Shown here piece after piece: positions 27,289 to 42,249 of a DNA stretch of 64,000 nucleotides. Position 1 is the stretch's first letter. The number at the start of each line of letters is the position of its first letter. The translations under genes were made by a program, and so were the position numbers. A model generated the notes under the pieces. The model did not search any database, was not told the DNA's origin, and saw only the letters and a list, made by a program, of their open reading frames with translations. This DNA is from the human T2T-CHM13v2.0 reference genome, Homo sapiens: assembly GCF_009914755.1 (NCBI RefSeq), contig NC_060938.1; one strand, written 5' to 3'.

Positions 27289-30200
27289 GAAGAGACATAG
27301 AAATTTGAAGAAGGATCCTTTAATGGTCTACACCGTCTTCCAAAGTCAAGAAGTGGCAGCTGATATCCATTTGAAAGTAGAATCCTAGCTTTTCAGAGCT
27401 AGACAAGGCCTCAGAAACTATAGTTGAATTCCTCATTGTACCAATGAGAAACTCAGGCCTAGATGGGTAAAAAGAGGTGTGTTGTAGCAGTGCTGGGACA
27501 GATCTCGGTTTTTCTGCTTCCTATACAATCCTCTTCAACCCAATACTACAATGTATTTATTATCACATATTAAGCTGGAGATTTGTAGCCATGTTATTAG
27601 AGTTGCAACTGTTTATCCTATAGATTCCAGCCACATTTTAAACACATAACTTCATGTAGTTAGGCCACTAAAAATAAAGTAATCCATCAAACTAGTAATA
27701 CACTAGAGAATTTGACCTACATACTAAGATGCCTGAAATCCACAGTATATGGCAATTTAACCCCCATCTAATAGTGGCTCAATCAAGTAGCTAAACATAT
27801 TTATTTCACTCAGATGGTTGGTTGTTTGGTAGAAGGAATGGACTCCTTGGGCTATTTTGGGAACAAAAAAGGACTAGGACACAAATCAAAGCCACATCCA
27901 CAGTAAGAAATCCGGGCTGATCTCTGCCAAGAAAAGTTACAAAGAATAATTACTTGATCACGTGGGGAAATTTCGACATAAAAGAAGTAATGGATAAAAA
28001 GAAAGAAAAATGAACAATTGCTGAAGACAATAATTATAGCAACCCTAAACCAGAAAGCACTAAGCCAGGAAGTCAAAAACTAAGTCATACACATATGACA
28101 AGGTGCGGGGGTTGGTCCTGAGACTTCAGTGAGAATATGTCCGATCAGGATATGCAAAGAACCATTTGGAAGATTTCTAGTTCATAAGGGAAGTACCAAA
28201 TGAAGTGGATGGGACCATACGCAATTTGCATAGGACCCCCAAGGAGGAAATAGTATGACATGGTAGTAAAAAAGCAATCACGACTACACTCACAATTTTA
28301 GGAGAAAATAAAACTAAATCCAGAATTTGAAGCCAACAACAACAAAAAAAGTCATTATTTAGGGTATACGTTCCTGTGGGCAGTACCTTGCAAAGTAGAA
28401 CATCTTCAAGAAGAAATATTTGACTTGAGGTAAGGCTTTCAAGATTGCCATATTACATTCATAAAGGCAAACTCATCCTTGAGACCAAAGTGACAGAAGA
28501 TTAGAAATTAAGGCTTTGTTTTAAAGAAATGTTGACATCATACTGGAAATTATTATCCAGCTACTTACACATTCGTTTTTAAATCCATCCCTATGTTTAG
28601 CTGCCAAAATGCAAACTGCGCATTCTCTCTCAACGGAGAGCGCCACAGGTCACCAGCTATTATTCTCCCAGGAGTCATTGAGTAGGCTGCCCAAGTACAC
28701 ATAAGGAAACTCAACGAACTATTTTCATTTCAAGGACCATTAGAAACAGAAAGGAAAAGAGAAGGTCAGGGAAACTTAGTTTCTAACAAAGGAAGTGAGG
28801 CACTTTGAAAAAGAAAATATTTAGAGAACGGAGAGGAAGCTAAACCCAAACAACCAAAACGCACAGCTGACAATTATTCCGGGAAGTTGGTAACTTCTGC
28901 CTGGTCTCTAGAAGCACAGGAAGAAAGGACTGTTAGCGTGAAGAACACTCCAGGGTTCTGGGTATCTAGGCAGAGTCAGTCAACAGGGCTAACCATGTGA
29001 TAATCCTGGGTAATTCCACCTCACAGTTCACTAAAAAACAAGCGGAACCCTGGGCAAAGCCCTTTGGGGCTTTAATAGCAATGGAGGACATCACCCTGTC
29101 ACTTTCTCTGCTTCTACACAGCAGGCAATCAAGGAAAACTTGCCAAGAAATATGAGTGAATAAATGATTTTGAAAGTTTCATTGAGCAGGAACATGAAAA
29201 GGATGATTTGGGGATAGCTGGAAGGATAGTTACTTGCATGAATAATATTTATTCACCGTCAGTGTGATATTTCTCAATAGAAAGATTGTATTTAAAATGT
29301 ACAACTACAATAACAGAAAAAAAAATACGAGATAAAGCAACAGTTCACAGTGCCACAACGGTCAACAAAGACCAGAAAGGAAATTAAAGCACAAGTTCTA
29401 CTCAGCAGCACTTCAGCCATCAGAAGCTCCGCCGTGCTATTTTGAAGATCTCTTTCTGTTAGGGGACGAATGAGTCAAAGCGGGATTGGCTGCTCTGTGA
29501 AATGGTGAGATTCAAGTTCAACAATAGTTCTTGGCTTTGAAATTCCACTACCGGAAATTAGAGTAAAATCTGCACCATTAGTCTTGGTCACAATCTATGT
29601 TTTTGTCCTTAGAGGATATTATGTCAAAAAACTAGGGTTGCTTCAGTGTGTGCGTGTGTTTTAAATATGTTCTACTTTGATCATTTCATTTTGTTCTATG
29701 AGTTCTGCAGTGACTCAGAAGTTCCATGATACTATAACTGGAGTAATTTTGCTGTATTTTTAGCCATGTCCTCCAAGCCTCCCAGTATATGCTGTGATCT
29801 TTGCCAAACAGAATCTGATCAGTGTTACAGGGGAAATGATGTGTGAGGCTCTACAAGGAGAGGGTCTCCAGGGCCCACACCTGAGTCATGCCTTGAAGCA
29901 ACCTCAGCACACTTAGCCTCCCAGTGATTCTGTGCAAGTCTGTCTCAATCTTTTGAGCTTATGTTAGTTCTTTGGGGGAAAAAAAATAGAAACAACTTCT
30001 GAATAGGGCAGTATGTTTGGGGCAGCTTTGTGAATACATATCTAAAATTACCTCCATTTGCCATTTTTTAAATCAATTTTTTTTCAAGCAATCAGATTCT
30101 TTTCTCCTAGAGGAGCTGTGGGCAAGAAAACTAATGAATTCTACATCCTTCTCATCACCTGGTTTAAATTGTTTTCTGCTCTGAGTAAACAGTAATTACT

Positions 30201-30394
30201 GTTTAAGTACATCTCAGCAGAATTTTATCCCAATTGCAACAGTTCATGTTCCTCCTAATGTAATCTCTGCAGAGGAAATGATCGTCAAGGGAAGCAGGCT
30301 GACCTGCTCACGGGATGGCGTTCTTACAATCTGCATCTTATGTAATGGTGATTCTGTGTGCCTGTGTCATAATTATTGGAATATTATTTTATGC

Positions 30395-30686
30395 TTTTTT
30401 TTTTTTGAGACGGAGTCTCGCTCTGTCGCCCAGGCTGGAGTGCAGTGGCACGATCTCAGCTCACTGCAAGCTCCCCTCCCAGGTTCACGCCATTCTGCCT
30501 CAGTCTCCCAAGTAGCTGGGACTACAGGTTCCCGCCACCACGCCCAGCTAATTTTTTTTTGTATTTTTAGTAGAGACGGGGTTTCACCGTATTAGCCAGG
30601 ATGTTCTCAATCTCCTGACCTTGTGATCCGCCCGCCTTGGCCTCCCAAAATGCTGGGATTACAGGCGTGAGCCACTGCACCCAGCC
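30395..30686 (-). mobile_element. AluY-type
   Basis: cactgcaagctcc, ggttcacgccattct, ttagccaggatg; TSD tattttatgc / tattctatgc. Confidence 0.93.
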
Positions 30687-30854
30687 TATTCTATGCATTT
30701 TTTAACATTACAATTTATTTTGTGCCATGTTCTGACTTTTAAGTCATTAAATCGTCTTTTTTCTGTTCATATTTCTGGGAAATCTGAGGGTGTCTCCATC
30801 TGCCATTCCAGAAAATTGCCTTCTCCAGGCCTTTGTTAGAACAAGAAATTGTCC

Positions 30855-31027
30855 AGCCCCTTGTGACTCAAGATGTGGCCTGGGAACCAGCAGCGTCAGC
30901 ATTACCTGGGAGCTACCAAGGACTGTGGAATTTCAGGCCCAGCCCAGACCTACTGAATCAGAATCTGCATTTTTAACAGGACCCCCAAGTGATTTGTATA
31001 CACAGTGAAATAGGGGAAGTACTGGTC
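30855..31027. mobile_element. MER5-family MITE
   Basis: accagcagcgtcagcattacctgggag...cccagacctactgaatcagaatctgcattttta. Confidence 0.75.
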
Positions 31028-32102
31028 TCGGAGACAACCAAGTTCATCATCAGTCTTTATATCCAAACACATAGCTGCCTAATGAAGAACCATCAACTTA
31101 GCCTGTCTCTCAGATGCTACCTTTTGAGTGTTCCTTAGGCTAATATTTGAGTTGCTCACATTTACTGGATGAATAAAAGGGCTGTCAGAAGTCTTTTCTT
31201 TTTCTTGTCATGTGCTGCCCAGCTGCAGGAAAGGAATATGCATATTTTAGAATCAAAAGCAGAAAAGCAGCATCTGGTTTGCTAGATCTGCTAGATCTAA
31301 AGTACTTCTGTTCTGAAAGTCTTTTTCATGTTTATTAGGGTGAGAAAAAAGTGCTCCCCCAAAATTATTTTCCACGAAGACATAAGAAAGATTCAGGGTA
31401 CATGAAGTTTTATAAACTCACAAAGTAAAGATAAAACAAATTTCTGAGGCATGAAACTTTTGGTAGAGTTTCTGTCTTCATTGCTTAAAACACGGAACTC
31501 TAGATGACAGAATAAGGGTTGATTACAAACAACCTGTCCTCTAAACAGGACACAGATTCATGCCAGAGACTCATGTTGTTATTGCCTTAAGCACAGACCA
31601 GAGTTTTATTAACTTTCTAGACATATTTTTACTAAACATCACTGGGGACCATGCTTTGTTCTCCCTGCCCACACCCCACCCTGTGTACAAGAGCCCTTTA
31701 AAAATTGTACACAACCACATACAGCAGCCTATCCACTTATTCAAATCCTATTGTTGCTGATGAAGTCCTGAAGGCAAATCACACCTACCTTCAAACGAAT
31801 CAAAAAAGAGCACAAGGACCACCTGTGCTCTTGTACCTGCAAATGGCCTAGCTAATTTTTTCATTAGGATGTCAGTGATTCGGTCCCACAATAAGGACCT
31901 GATAGCACTGTGCAGGTGCAGTCATTAAAGGCCCACCCCTTCTAGGAAGCACCAACCACCTCCCTCTTCCTGCAGCAGGCTTCACTTTCCACTTGCAGAC
32001 ACACGTCTGACGTTAGGACATTCAATCAGGTGTTCCTCATGCTCCAAGCAACTGGAACCCACCTGTGTTCCAAGATTACCTTTCAACTGAAAAGCTTTTA
32101 AA

Positions 32103-32805
<703 letters not shown>

Positions 32806-33513
32806 AGATTATTTCTCTTTATTGCAAATGTATCCCTGATTTCTTCCTTGTAACCACTGATGCAAGCAGCCAAAAGGGCTTCTACCACAAGGGCCTGCCT
32901 ATCTTCCTACAGCCTGCCACAGCATGGCACCCCGCCCCAGCTACTTCCTTTCCCAGGCCACAAAGGAAAGTCTATTTTATCCTCTTCAAAAAAAATGAAT
33001 GGGAGAAAACTGGTATCAACAATCCATTTGCCTCCAAGAATCCATTTACTTGTAATCTTAAAAATGTTTAATTCCCAGTGCCTTTTCTGTAGTGGTAAAA
33101 TAAATTCCCCATCCAGGATAACTAAAGGCCTCTCTTCATTTGAATAAAAACATTTCTACTGAATTAGGCACATTGAAATGATCACATCCTGAAGGAGAGA
33201 ACCCTCCCTGCCCTGCCCTTGCTCAGAACCCACACATTCTCCTTGCCTTGTCTGCAGCGTAGAGGTTGGCATGGGTAAATTTATGGTACATTAGTTCCTT
33301 TCGGCTTTGTCCTGAAGTTGGCTCAGATTTTGTTAATGCTGAAATTTGCAGCTGAATTCAGTTGGACTTTGCTTCTCATTAATGAGTTGACATTGCAGTG
33401 GGGAGATGTTTCAGCATTTGCTCCTTGAGCTTGCTCAAGCAGGAGCCAAAAGCTGAACAAGATCTTCCTCTTAAAAACATGTCCAACATATTTTAAAATG
33501 CTGGATAGTTTAA

Positions 33514-33969
<456 letters not shown>

Positions 33970-34839
33970 TAATCTTTACGTGAGCAACACAGTAAAACCA
34001 AGAAAGCATGATCTGTTCATGCATTTCATGTAGAAAGAACTTGCAAACTAACAGGATAAAATTTTTATTTTAAGTGCATAATTCTGTATGTATATACTTC
34101 CTCGAGATAATAACTATTAATAGTTCATCAATATCCCTTATTGTGTATGTGTACAGTTTATTTTCAGTGAATAAATGCTCTTTCAAACGATTTTAACTCA
34201 CATTTGCAACTTGGAGATAGTCACATTTATTCCTTGCTTGTAATTCTTTGAAATTACCAAAAGAAAACTACTATTCTTAGTATTATTGATATTCTTTATT
34301 AAAATAAAATGTTTTTTGTCTTTTAGCGAATGTCTGTTTGTTTGGTGTTGTCAGGGGCGTGGATAAGGAGGTGTTTGTATTTTTGGCTTTGCATGACTTT
34401 CCAAAGCCCCAGTGGCTCACAATCAAGGTCAAAGCGTATAACTAACTGTTCTTGTGTATCAGGAAGCCTTTATTAAAAAAACTCAATTATTTAGTATGCT
34501 AAAGAAATTGTACAGCCAGAGGAACTTAGGGTCAAATATAAATCCAAAGAGCTTGGAAAGGTTTACTTTATTTCTGATAATGAGGACCTGGAAAAGAGAA
34601 TAGAATAATCCCTCTACATTTCTTAACATTGGAGACAAATCCCTGCCTTACATTGCCAATTACAGTGCTTTACACCTGCTCCCCTTATTTTCTCATCCTT
34701 CCCTAGTTCTTGTCCCAGATATCACCTGCTCAGAAAGCTTCAGTACCCTCTTCAGACACTCTAGGATCACAACCACAAGCCTCTAAGCCTACTAGACTTC
34801 CCTGTATACAATTCCAGACAATCCCATTCATTAAACCAA

Positions 34840-34948
34840 CGGATTGCCTGAGCCTTGAGCCTGGGAAGTCAAGGCTGCATTGAGCCAAGATCGTGCTACT
34901 GCACCCCAGCCTTGGTGACAGAGAGAAACACTGTTTCAAAATTAAAAA
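34840..34948 (+). mobile_element. Alu right-arm 3' fragment (J-type)
   Basis: cttgagcctgggaagtcaaggctgcattgagccaagatcgtgctactgcaccccagcc. Confidence 0.8.
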
Positions 34949-36420
34949 GCTCCCACTGAAAAATAAAATTCCAGGAAATTCCCCTTTTTACCATTTATTA
35001 GCTACAAAGTAACACACTTCTGATTCTAACAGACCCTCTGAATGAAGCGGACTGCTCCTGCAGGACCCAGGAGACCCCCCCAAAACTGTGAGTGCCCCAA
35101 CTGTGGAAGGGGGAAAGGGAAACCCTCCTCTCCTGAACACACACCTGCACTGGAGAAGATGAAGGTCTGTTTGCTGGAAAAGTTTCCAACTTTACCAGAA
35201 GCTGAGTCAATTTGGAAAGCCAAGGGAAATACAGGGGTACAGGAAGAAGCAGAAAGGCCCTGGGAGCTCGCTGGGTCCCCAAGCAGCCCATTCCTGCATG
35301 GCACCACAGGGATCCATCAGGAGGGTGGCCAGAGGAGCAGGGGGTAAAACTCCACAGGAAGAAGGAATTGTCTAGCTGAACTTTGTAACAGTTTGGACTC
35401 TGTGAGAAGCCTCCTGGCCAGAACTCAGGGGAAGACGCAAATCCGGTGTCCAGACTCCACAGGCCGGGGAAGAACCAAGCCCTTTTCTTTGGAAGCTGGG
35501 AGGCAGATAGCCTGGGGCAGGTTTTCAAGCCCAGATTCCCCTCTGCCTGGAAACGGTCTGGGGGGCTGTTGGGTGGGAGGGCACGGTGGGAGTGAGACAG
35601 ATTGTTTGGTTTGCGTGGGAGCTGCATGAGGCCTGTGATGGCTGACTTTCCCCCACTTCCCTGACAACCGGCAAGACACAGCAGAGGCAGCCATAATCCT
35701 CCTGGGTACACAACTCCAGTGGCCTGGGAATCTCACCCCCATCCCCCACAGCAGCAGCAGCAGCAAGACCTGACCAAGAGTCTGAGCTCAGACATGCCTA
35801 GCCCTGCCCCCACCTGATGGTCCTTCCCTACCCACCCTGGTAGCAGACGATAAAGGGCATATAATCTTGGGAGTTCTAGGGCCCTGCCCCCCACCAGTCA
35901 TCCCCATAATACTATAGCTGATGCTCTCTGGAAAGTACCACCTCCTGGCAGGAGGCCGACCAGCACAAAAATAGAACATTAAACCACCAAAGCTAAGAAC
36001 CTTCATGGAGGCGAGATTTCCTTGAGAGGTGATTCTAGTTGGCTATTGGGGGTGGTGGGGAGAGAGAGAGAGAGAGAGAGAGAGAAAATTTATTCCAGGC
36101 AGAAAACACCACATATAGACAAGTAGAAGAAAGAAATTCAGAGCTCAAAGACAAGGTGTTCGAATTAACCCAATCCAACAAAGACAAAGAAAAAAGAATA
36201 AGAAAATATGAACAAAGCCTCCAAGATGGCTGGGATTATGTTAAACAACCAAACCTAAGAATAATTGGTATTCCTGAAGAAGAAGGTAATTCTAAAAGCT
36301 TGGAAAACATACTTGTGGGAATAATCGATGCAAACTTCCCTGGTCATGCTAGAGACCTAGACATCCAAATACAAGAAGCACAAAGAACATCCAGGAAATT
36401 CATAACAAAAAGATCTTCAC

Positions 36421-36705
<285 letters not shown>

Positions 36706-39700
36706 TCACCTAGGTACATTGCCATCAGGTTATCCAAAGTTAAGACGAAGGAAAAAAATGTTAAGAGCTGTGAGACAGAAGCACCTATCAGATTAACAGC
36801 AGATTTCTCAGCAGAAACCCTACAAGCTAGAAGAGATTGGGGCCCTATCTTCAGCCTCCTCAAACAAAACAATTATCAGCCAAGGATTTTGTATCCAGCG
36901 AAACTAAGCATCATGTATGAAGCAAAGATACAGTCATTTTCAGACAAATAAATGCTGAGAGAATTCGCCATTACCAAGCCACCACTACAAGAATTGCTAT
37001 GCTAAAAGGAGCTCTAAATCTTGAAACAAATCCTGGAAACACATCAAAGCAGAACCTCTTTAAAGCATAAACCACACAAGACCTGTAAAGCAAAAATACA
37101 AGTTAAAAAGCAAAAACAAAACAAAAAAAAAAAAACAAAGTAGACAGGCAACAAAGAGCATGATGAATGCAACAGTACCTCACATTTCAATACTAACATC
37201 GAATGTAAATGGCCTAAATGCTCCATTTAAAAGATATGGAACCACAGAATGGATAAGAACTCACCAACCATCTACTGCCTTCAGGAGACTCACCTAGCAC
37301 ATAAGGACTCACATAAACTTAAAGTAAAGGGGAGGAAAAAGGCATTTCATGAAAATGGACACCAAAAGTGAGCAGGGGTAGCAATTCTTATATCAGAAAA
37401 ACAAACTTTAAAGCCACAGCAGTTAAAAGAGACAAAGAGGGACATTATATAATGGTAAAAGGCCTTGTCCAACAGGAAAATATCACAATTCTAAACATAT
37501 ATGCACCTAACACTGGAGCTCCCAAATTTATAAGACAATTACTAATGAACTTAAGAAATGAGATAGACAGCAACACAATAATAGTGGGGACTTCAGTACT
37601 CTACTAACAGCACTAGACAGGTCATCAAGACAGAAAGTTAACAAAGAAACAATAGATTTAAACTATACCTTGGAACAAATGGACTTCACAGATATATACA
37701 GAACATTACCATCCAATAACCACAGAATACGCATTCTATTCAACAGTGCATGGAACTTTCTCCAAGATCGACCATATGATAGGCCATAAAACAAGCCTCA
37801 ATAAATTTAAGAAAATTGAAATTATATCAAGCACTCTCCCAGACCACAGTGGAATAAAACTGGAAATCAACTCCAAAAGGAAGCTTCAAAACCATGAAAA
37901 TACATGGAAATTAAATAACCTTCTCCTGAATGAGCGTTGGGTCAAAAACGAAATCAACATTGAAATTTAAAAATTCTTCAAACTGAACGACAATAATGAC
38001 ACAACCTATCAAAACCTCTGGGATACAGCAAAGGCAGTGCTAAGAGGAAAGTTCATAGCCCTAAACGCCTTCATCACAAAGACTGAAACAGCACAAACTG
38101 ACATTCTAAGGTCACACCTCAAGGAACTAGAGAAACAAGAACAAACCAAACTCAAACCCCGCAGAAGAAAGGAAATAACCAAGGCCAGAGCAGAACTAAA
38201 TGAAATTGAAACAAAAATAAATACAAAAGATAAATGAAACAAAAAGCAGGTTCTTTGAAAAGATAAATAAAATTGATAGACCATTAGCAAGATTAACCAA
38301 GAAGGAAGAGAAAAAATCCAAATAACCTCACTAAGAAACAAAACAGGAGATATTACAACTGACACCACTGAAATACAAAAGATCATTCAAGGCTACTATG
38401 AACACCTTTACTCACATAAACTAGAAAACCTAGAAGAGATGGATAAATTCCTGGAAAAATACAACCCTCCTAGGTAAATCACCAAAGAATTAGATACCCT
38501 GAACAGACCAACAACAAGCAGCAAGACTGAAATAAATGGTAATCTAAAAATTACCAACAAAAAAAGTACAGGACCAAATGGATTCACAGCAGAATTCTAC
38601 CAGACATTCAAAAAATTGGTACCAATCCTTTTGACGGTATTCCACAAGATAGAGAAAGAAGGAACCCTCCATAATTCATTCAATGAAGCCAACATCACCC
38701 TAATACCAAAACCAAGAAAGGACCTAACCAAAAAACTAAACTACAGACCGATATCCTTGATGAATGTAGATGCTAAGATCCTTAACAAAATACTTGCTAA
38801 CTGAATCCAACAAAAAGATTATCAAAAAGGTAATCCACAATGATCAAGTGGGTTTCATACGAGGGATGGTTTAATATACACAAGTCAATAAATGTGATAC
38901 ACCACATAAACAGAATTAAAAACAAAAATCACATGATCATCTCAATAGATGCAGAAAAAGCATTCAGCAAAATTCAGAATCACTTTACGATTAAAACTCT
39001 CAGCAAAATCAGCATAAAAGGGACATGCCTTAATGTAATAAAAGCCATCTATGACAAACTCACAGCCAACATAATACTGAATGGGGAAAAGTTGAAAGCA
39101 TTCCCTCTGAGAACTGGAAAAAGACAAGGACGCCCACTCTCACCACTCCTCTTCAACACAGCACTGGAAGTCCTAGCCAGAGCAATCAGACAAGAGAAAA
39201 AAATAAAGGGCATCCAAATCGGTAAAGAGGAAGTCAAACTGTCACTGTTTGCTGACGATATGATTGTTTACCTTGAAAACCCTAAGTCCTCCTCCAGAAA
39301 GTTCCTAGAACTGATAAAAAAAAATTCAGCAAAGTTTCCAGATACAAGATTAATGTACACTAGTCAGTAGCTCTTCTATACACCAACAGCGACCAAGTGG
39401 AGAATCAAATAAAAAACTCAACCCCTTTTACAATAGCTGCAAAAGAAAGAAAAAAAAAGGAAACTTAGGAATATACCTAACAAAGGATTCGAAAGACCTC
39501 TACAAGGAAAACTACAAAACACTGCTGAAAGAAATCATAGATGACACAAAAAAATGGAAACACATCCCATGCTCATGGATGGGTAGACTCAATAGTGTGA
39601 AAATGACCATACTGCCAAAAGCAATCTACAAATTCAATGCAATCCCCATCAAAATACCACCATCACTCTTCACAGAATTAGAAAAAACCATTCTAAAATT

Positions 39701-40920
39701 CATATGGAACCAAAACAGAGCCCGCATAGCCAAAGCAAGACTAAGCAAAAAGAACAAATCTGGAGGTGTCTGATCTCAACTATCTCACCTAGGTACATTG
39801 TCATCAGGTTATCCAAAGTTAAGACGGAGGAAAAAAATCTTAAGAGCTGTGAGACAGAAGCAACTATCTGATCTCAAACTCTACTGTAAGGCCATAGTCA
39901 CCAAAACAGCGTGGTACTGGTGCAAAAATAGGCACAAAGACCAAGAGGACAGAATAGAGAACCCAGAAATAAACCCAAATACTTACAGCCAACTGACCTT
40001 CAACAAAGCAAACAAAAACATAAAGTGGAGAAAGGACACCCTTTTCAACAAATGGTGCTGGGATAATTGGCTAGTCAAATGTAGGAGAATGAGACTGGAT
40101 CCTCATCTCACACAAAAATCAACTCAAGATGGATTAAGGACTTAAACCTAAGACCTGAAACTATAAAAATTCTACAAGATAACACTGGAAAATCCCATCT
40201 AGACATTGGTTTAGGCAAGGATTTCATGACCAAGAACCCAAAAGCAAATGCAATAAAAACAAAGATAAATAGCTGGGACCTAATTAAACTAAAGTGCTTT
40301 TCCACAGCAAAAGGAACAGTCAGCAGATTAGGCAGACAACCCACAGAATAGGAGAAAATCTTCACAATCTATACATCTGACAAAGGACTAATCCAGAATC
40401 TACAGCGAACTCAAACAAATTAGTAAGAAAAAACAAACAATCCCATCAAAAAGTGGACTAAGGACATGAATAGACAATTCTCAAAAGAAGATATACAATA
40501 TACAAATGGCCAACAAACATATGAAAAAATGCACAACATGACTAATGATCAGGGAAATGCAAATCAAAACCACAATGTGATACCATCTCACTCCTGCAAG
40601 AATGGCCATAATCAAAAAATCAAAAAAACAGTAGATATTGGTGTGGATACAGTGAACAGGGAACACTTCTACACTGCTGGCGGGAATGTAAACTAGTACA
40701 GCCTCTATGGAAAACAGTGTGGAGATTATTTAAAGATCTAAAAGTACAACTACCATTGGATCCAGCAATCCCACTGCTGGGTATTTACCAGAGGAAAAGA
40801 AGTCATTATTCAAAAAAGATACTTGCACACGCATTTTTATGGTGGCCCAATTCACAATTGCAAAATCGTGGAACTAACCCAAATGCTCATCAACCAAAGA
40901 GTGGATAAAGAAGCTGTGAG

Positions 40921-41032
40921 ATATATATATATATACATATACATATATATATATATACATATACATATATATATATACCACATACATATATATATATGTA
41001 TATGTATATATGTATATATACATATATATATA
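40921..41032. repeat. (TA)n/(TACA) low-complexity expansion inside the L1
   Basis: Seen directly. Confidence 0.95.
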
Positions 41033-41804
41033 CAATGGAATATTACACAGCCATAAAAAGAAATGAATTAACAGCATTTGCAGTGACCTAGATGAGATTG
41101 GAGACTATTATTCTAAGTGAAGTAACTCACGAATGGAAAACCAAACATTGTATGTTCTCACTGAAATGTGGGAGCTAAGCTATGAGGATGCAAAAGCAAA
41201 AGAACGATGCAATAGACTTTGGGGTCTTTGGGGGAAGAGTGGGAGGGGAGTGAGGGATAGAAGACTACCAATAGGGTGCAGTGTATACTGCTCAGGTGAT
41301 AGGTGCACCAAAATCTCACAAATCACCACTAAAGAACTTACTCATGTAACCAAATACCACCTGTACCCCAACAACGTATGTTAAAAATAAAAAATAAACA
41401 CATTTCCAAGAGTAAGGAGTTGCTGAGAGTTAGTTTATGCACCAGAGTCAATTCCCCTGCACCACTCCTCACATGCCTAGGAAACAAGTTTAGAACATAC
41501 ATCCCTCAGTTCCGCAACAGTCTCTTTGAATTTCCCTTCAAGGCTCTGCTTTTTCTCCCTCAGTCTCCTCCATGGTAAGCTTTCATTTAAGCTACAGCAA
41601 AACATTATCTTCCTAGAGGTTATACAGCAAACCAGAGAAAACTTCCACTCTCCATAAAACAGCCCAACCTTGCACGGAGCCACCTCCAGGAAAGATGGCA
41701 GAAATGCTAATCAATGGTAAGAGATAGTCTGACGATAAACTTAAAGACTTCTCCAAGCAGGAATAACTTGTAAGAAGCATTCCAAAAAGGCACTGTGCTC
41801 TAGT

Positions 41805-42090
41805 GGAAAACGTTTGGTTCTGATTCAAAGAAACCTAGCATGTGCTACTTATTAGCTCTGTGAACTTGGGCAAGTTATTTGACCTCTCTGAGCTTCTATT
41901 TCATCATCTGTAAAATGCTAATGGTAAAATGACAATGACAATGCTTACTAGCATAGTTAATACAATAACTAAGAAGTATTAATATAAAGGATTCTGCTTA
42001 TAGTAAGAGATTCATAAATAGTAACAATACATATTTTTTTATTTTCCAAACACAGTACCTTGCACAAAATTTAAGTTAATAAATATTTGT
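41805..42090 (+). mobile_element. MIR plus an L2 tail relic
   Basis: ctgtgaacttgggcaagttatttgacctctctgagcttctatttcatcatctgtaaaatg. Confidence 0.75.
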
Positions 42091-42249
42091 GGAAAGAAGG
42101 AAGGGAGAAAGAAAAAGGGAGACGAAAAAGATTCCAGTTTAGCACAGTATAAATCCTGATAGAGGCTTTCCTCTTTTTCACTAATAAATTCTCTGATTAT
42201 AACATAGATCTATTGAGGAAATTGTTTGAATACCATGGACTATTAGCAC

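Noticed and set aside
34998-35766. Longest ORF in the track (237 aa, minus strand) and overlapping ORFs
   Set aside because: They lie in the GC-richer L1 5'UTR, where stop-poor frames are expected; no recognisable domain or splice structure
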